A DNA stretch of 62,934 nt, filler included, from Octopus bimaculoides (taxonomy: Eukaryota), in the NCBI RefSeq assembly GCF_001194135.2. It is 5 parts of 5 records of this genome, joined end to end, with 100 filler letters (N's around TTAATTAATTAA, not from the genome) between each part and the next. Parts side by side here need not be neighbours in the genome. Positions count along the whole stretch, not along the records: positions 57,025 to 62,934 come from NC_068999.1; 4 more parts are not named here. One strand, written 5' to 3'. Under the pieces are notes generated by a model. The model saw only the letters and a program-made list of their open reading frames with translations. It was not told where the DNA came from and made no database searches. This document shows, one piece after another, positions 61,766 through 62,934 of the stretch; positions within the stretch are counted from its first letter, which is position 1; each line of letters begins with the position of its first letter. A program made the translations under genes and the position numbers.

Positions 61766-62629
61766 ATGTTGTTGATGATGCTGATGACGACAACAACAAC
61801 AACAACAACAACAATAATGATAATACTGTTTAAGCAAACTTATATCTATGGCACTGCTTGCGTATAGAAACAATGTTTATTTAGCTATATTATGTTAGGA
61901 AAAAAGATATGCATCCTTGTTCTATTTGTTCAAAAACAAGTATTTTGGATTGCTTGATGGTCTGCCTTATCATCTGAGCGGGGAGAAATTTGGTCCTTAA
62001 ACTCATTTAAGTATCTATATGTTTTTGGTAAACAACAGTTTGGCTTTTTCTGTTTGTTTTGCAAGACAACCGCCTAAGAAGTAACAGGAAGCAGTAGCCG
62101 TCACAGTGGTAGTAACATTTCCCTGAAAAACTCAAGCAAACAGAAACCCACTTTATGCTGAAACATGAATATGAATTTTAAAATAATACAATCTGAAATT
62201 AAAATAAACACAGAGAGAGCTTGAAAATGCACACTAGAAACAATAAGTAAATAAATAAAAGTGTTGAAAATATTAATTCAAATAGAGAAAGCTGTCCACA
62301 AGCACATTATAAACATACAGAACAGAATCGACACCACCAGCATCACCACCATCACCACCATCACCAGCTATAACAACTTGATTTCATGCTTCGCAAGCAT
62401 ATTGGGTTACAAGTAGTTTGTCAATAAGAGTGAGCTCAAATAAAAGAAAATATGGACGATGCATTTCAAGAAAGACAGTGACTTCTTTGGTAGAATCGAT
62501 ACAGCATCGAATTAAATACCATTAGATAGATCTTCCAGTTCTTTAAATCCGGAATTGAAATCCGGGGGAGACGGACTTTGTCTTTCATTTTTCCCGAGCT
62601 GATAAGATAAAGTAGTACCTGTCAATTAG

Positions 62630-62803
62630 TGGCGTTTCTTCCGGTTTTACGTTCTGAGTTCAAATACCATAGAAGTCAATATTACATTTCATCCTTTCGG
62701 GATCGATAAATAACTTAGCAATCAAGCATTGAGATCGATGTAATAGACTTAACCCTAACCCTAAAACTGATGATCATGTGCCAAAATGTAAAGCTATTAT
62801 TTA

Positions 62804-62877
<74 letters not shown>
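62630..62877 (+). mobile_element. SINE family B 3' part with (TTA)n tail
   Basis: GTTCTGAGTTCAAAT..CATCCTTTCGGGATCGATAAA, then a TTA tract. Confidence 0.7.
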
Positions 62878-62878
62878 T

Positions 62879-62934
62879 CCTCCGCCTTAGCGAAGGGGGA
62901 GGTATTGTTTTCAGTCGTGTTTGTTTGTTTATCT
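62879..62934 (+). mobile_element. start of a Helentron/HINE-like non-autonomous element
   Basis: Hairpin CCTCCGCCTT-AGCG-AAGGGGGAGG followed by TATTGTTTTCAGTCGTGTTTGTTTG. Cut by the window end. Confidence 0.45.

Noticed and set aside
62030-62118. Minus-strand acceptor followed by KCYYHCDGYC
   Set aside because: No donor, no recognisable domain, and a short frame.

Overview
AT-rich, gap-riddled eukaryotic DNA that is almost entirely repeats. The SINE, LINE and microsatellite repertoire resembles an octopus genome, possibly an Octopus bimaculoides-type draft; this is an inference. No intact protein-coding gene, rRNA, tRNA or CRISPR array can be supported. The window holds two large decayed R4/Dong-clade REL retrotransposons plus two more 3' ends, and a non-coding element that always sits in (TAA)n tracts. 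It also holds several mariner, Tc1, maT and Tigger relics, hAT- and piggyBac-type MITEs, Penelope-like RT fragments with hammerhead-like relics, many tRNA-derived SINEs, and a 166-bp solo LTR with a perfect 5-bp TSD. Three consecutive long inverted repeats lie at 24.6-27.0 kb, and a near-identical 297-bp inverted duplication lies at 50.0 and 54.0 kb. Two candidate + strand promoter/first-exon units at 17.0-17.5 kb and 21.35-21.68 kb suggest the middle of the window is intronic. The most system-like signal is a set of (TAA)n-targeted elements: Dong/R4 LINEs plus a possible non-autonomous passenger. Coordinates of degraded repeats are approximate. Family names come from recalled motifs, not from database searches.
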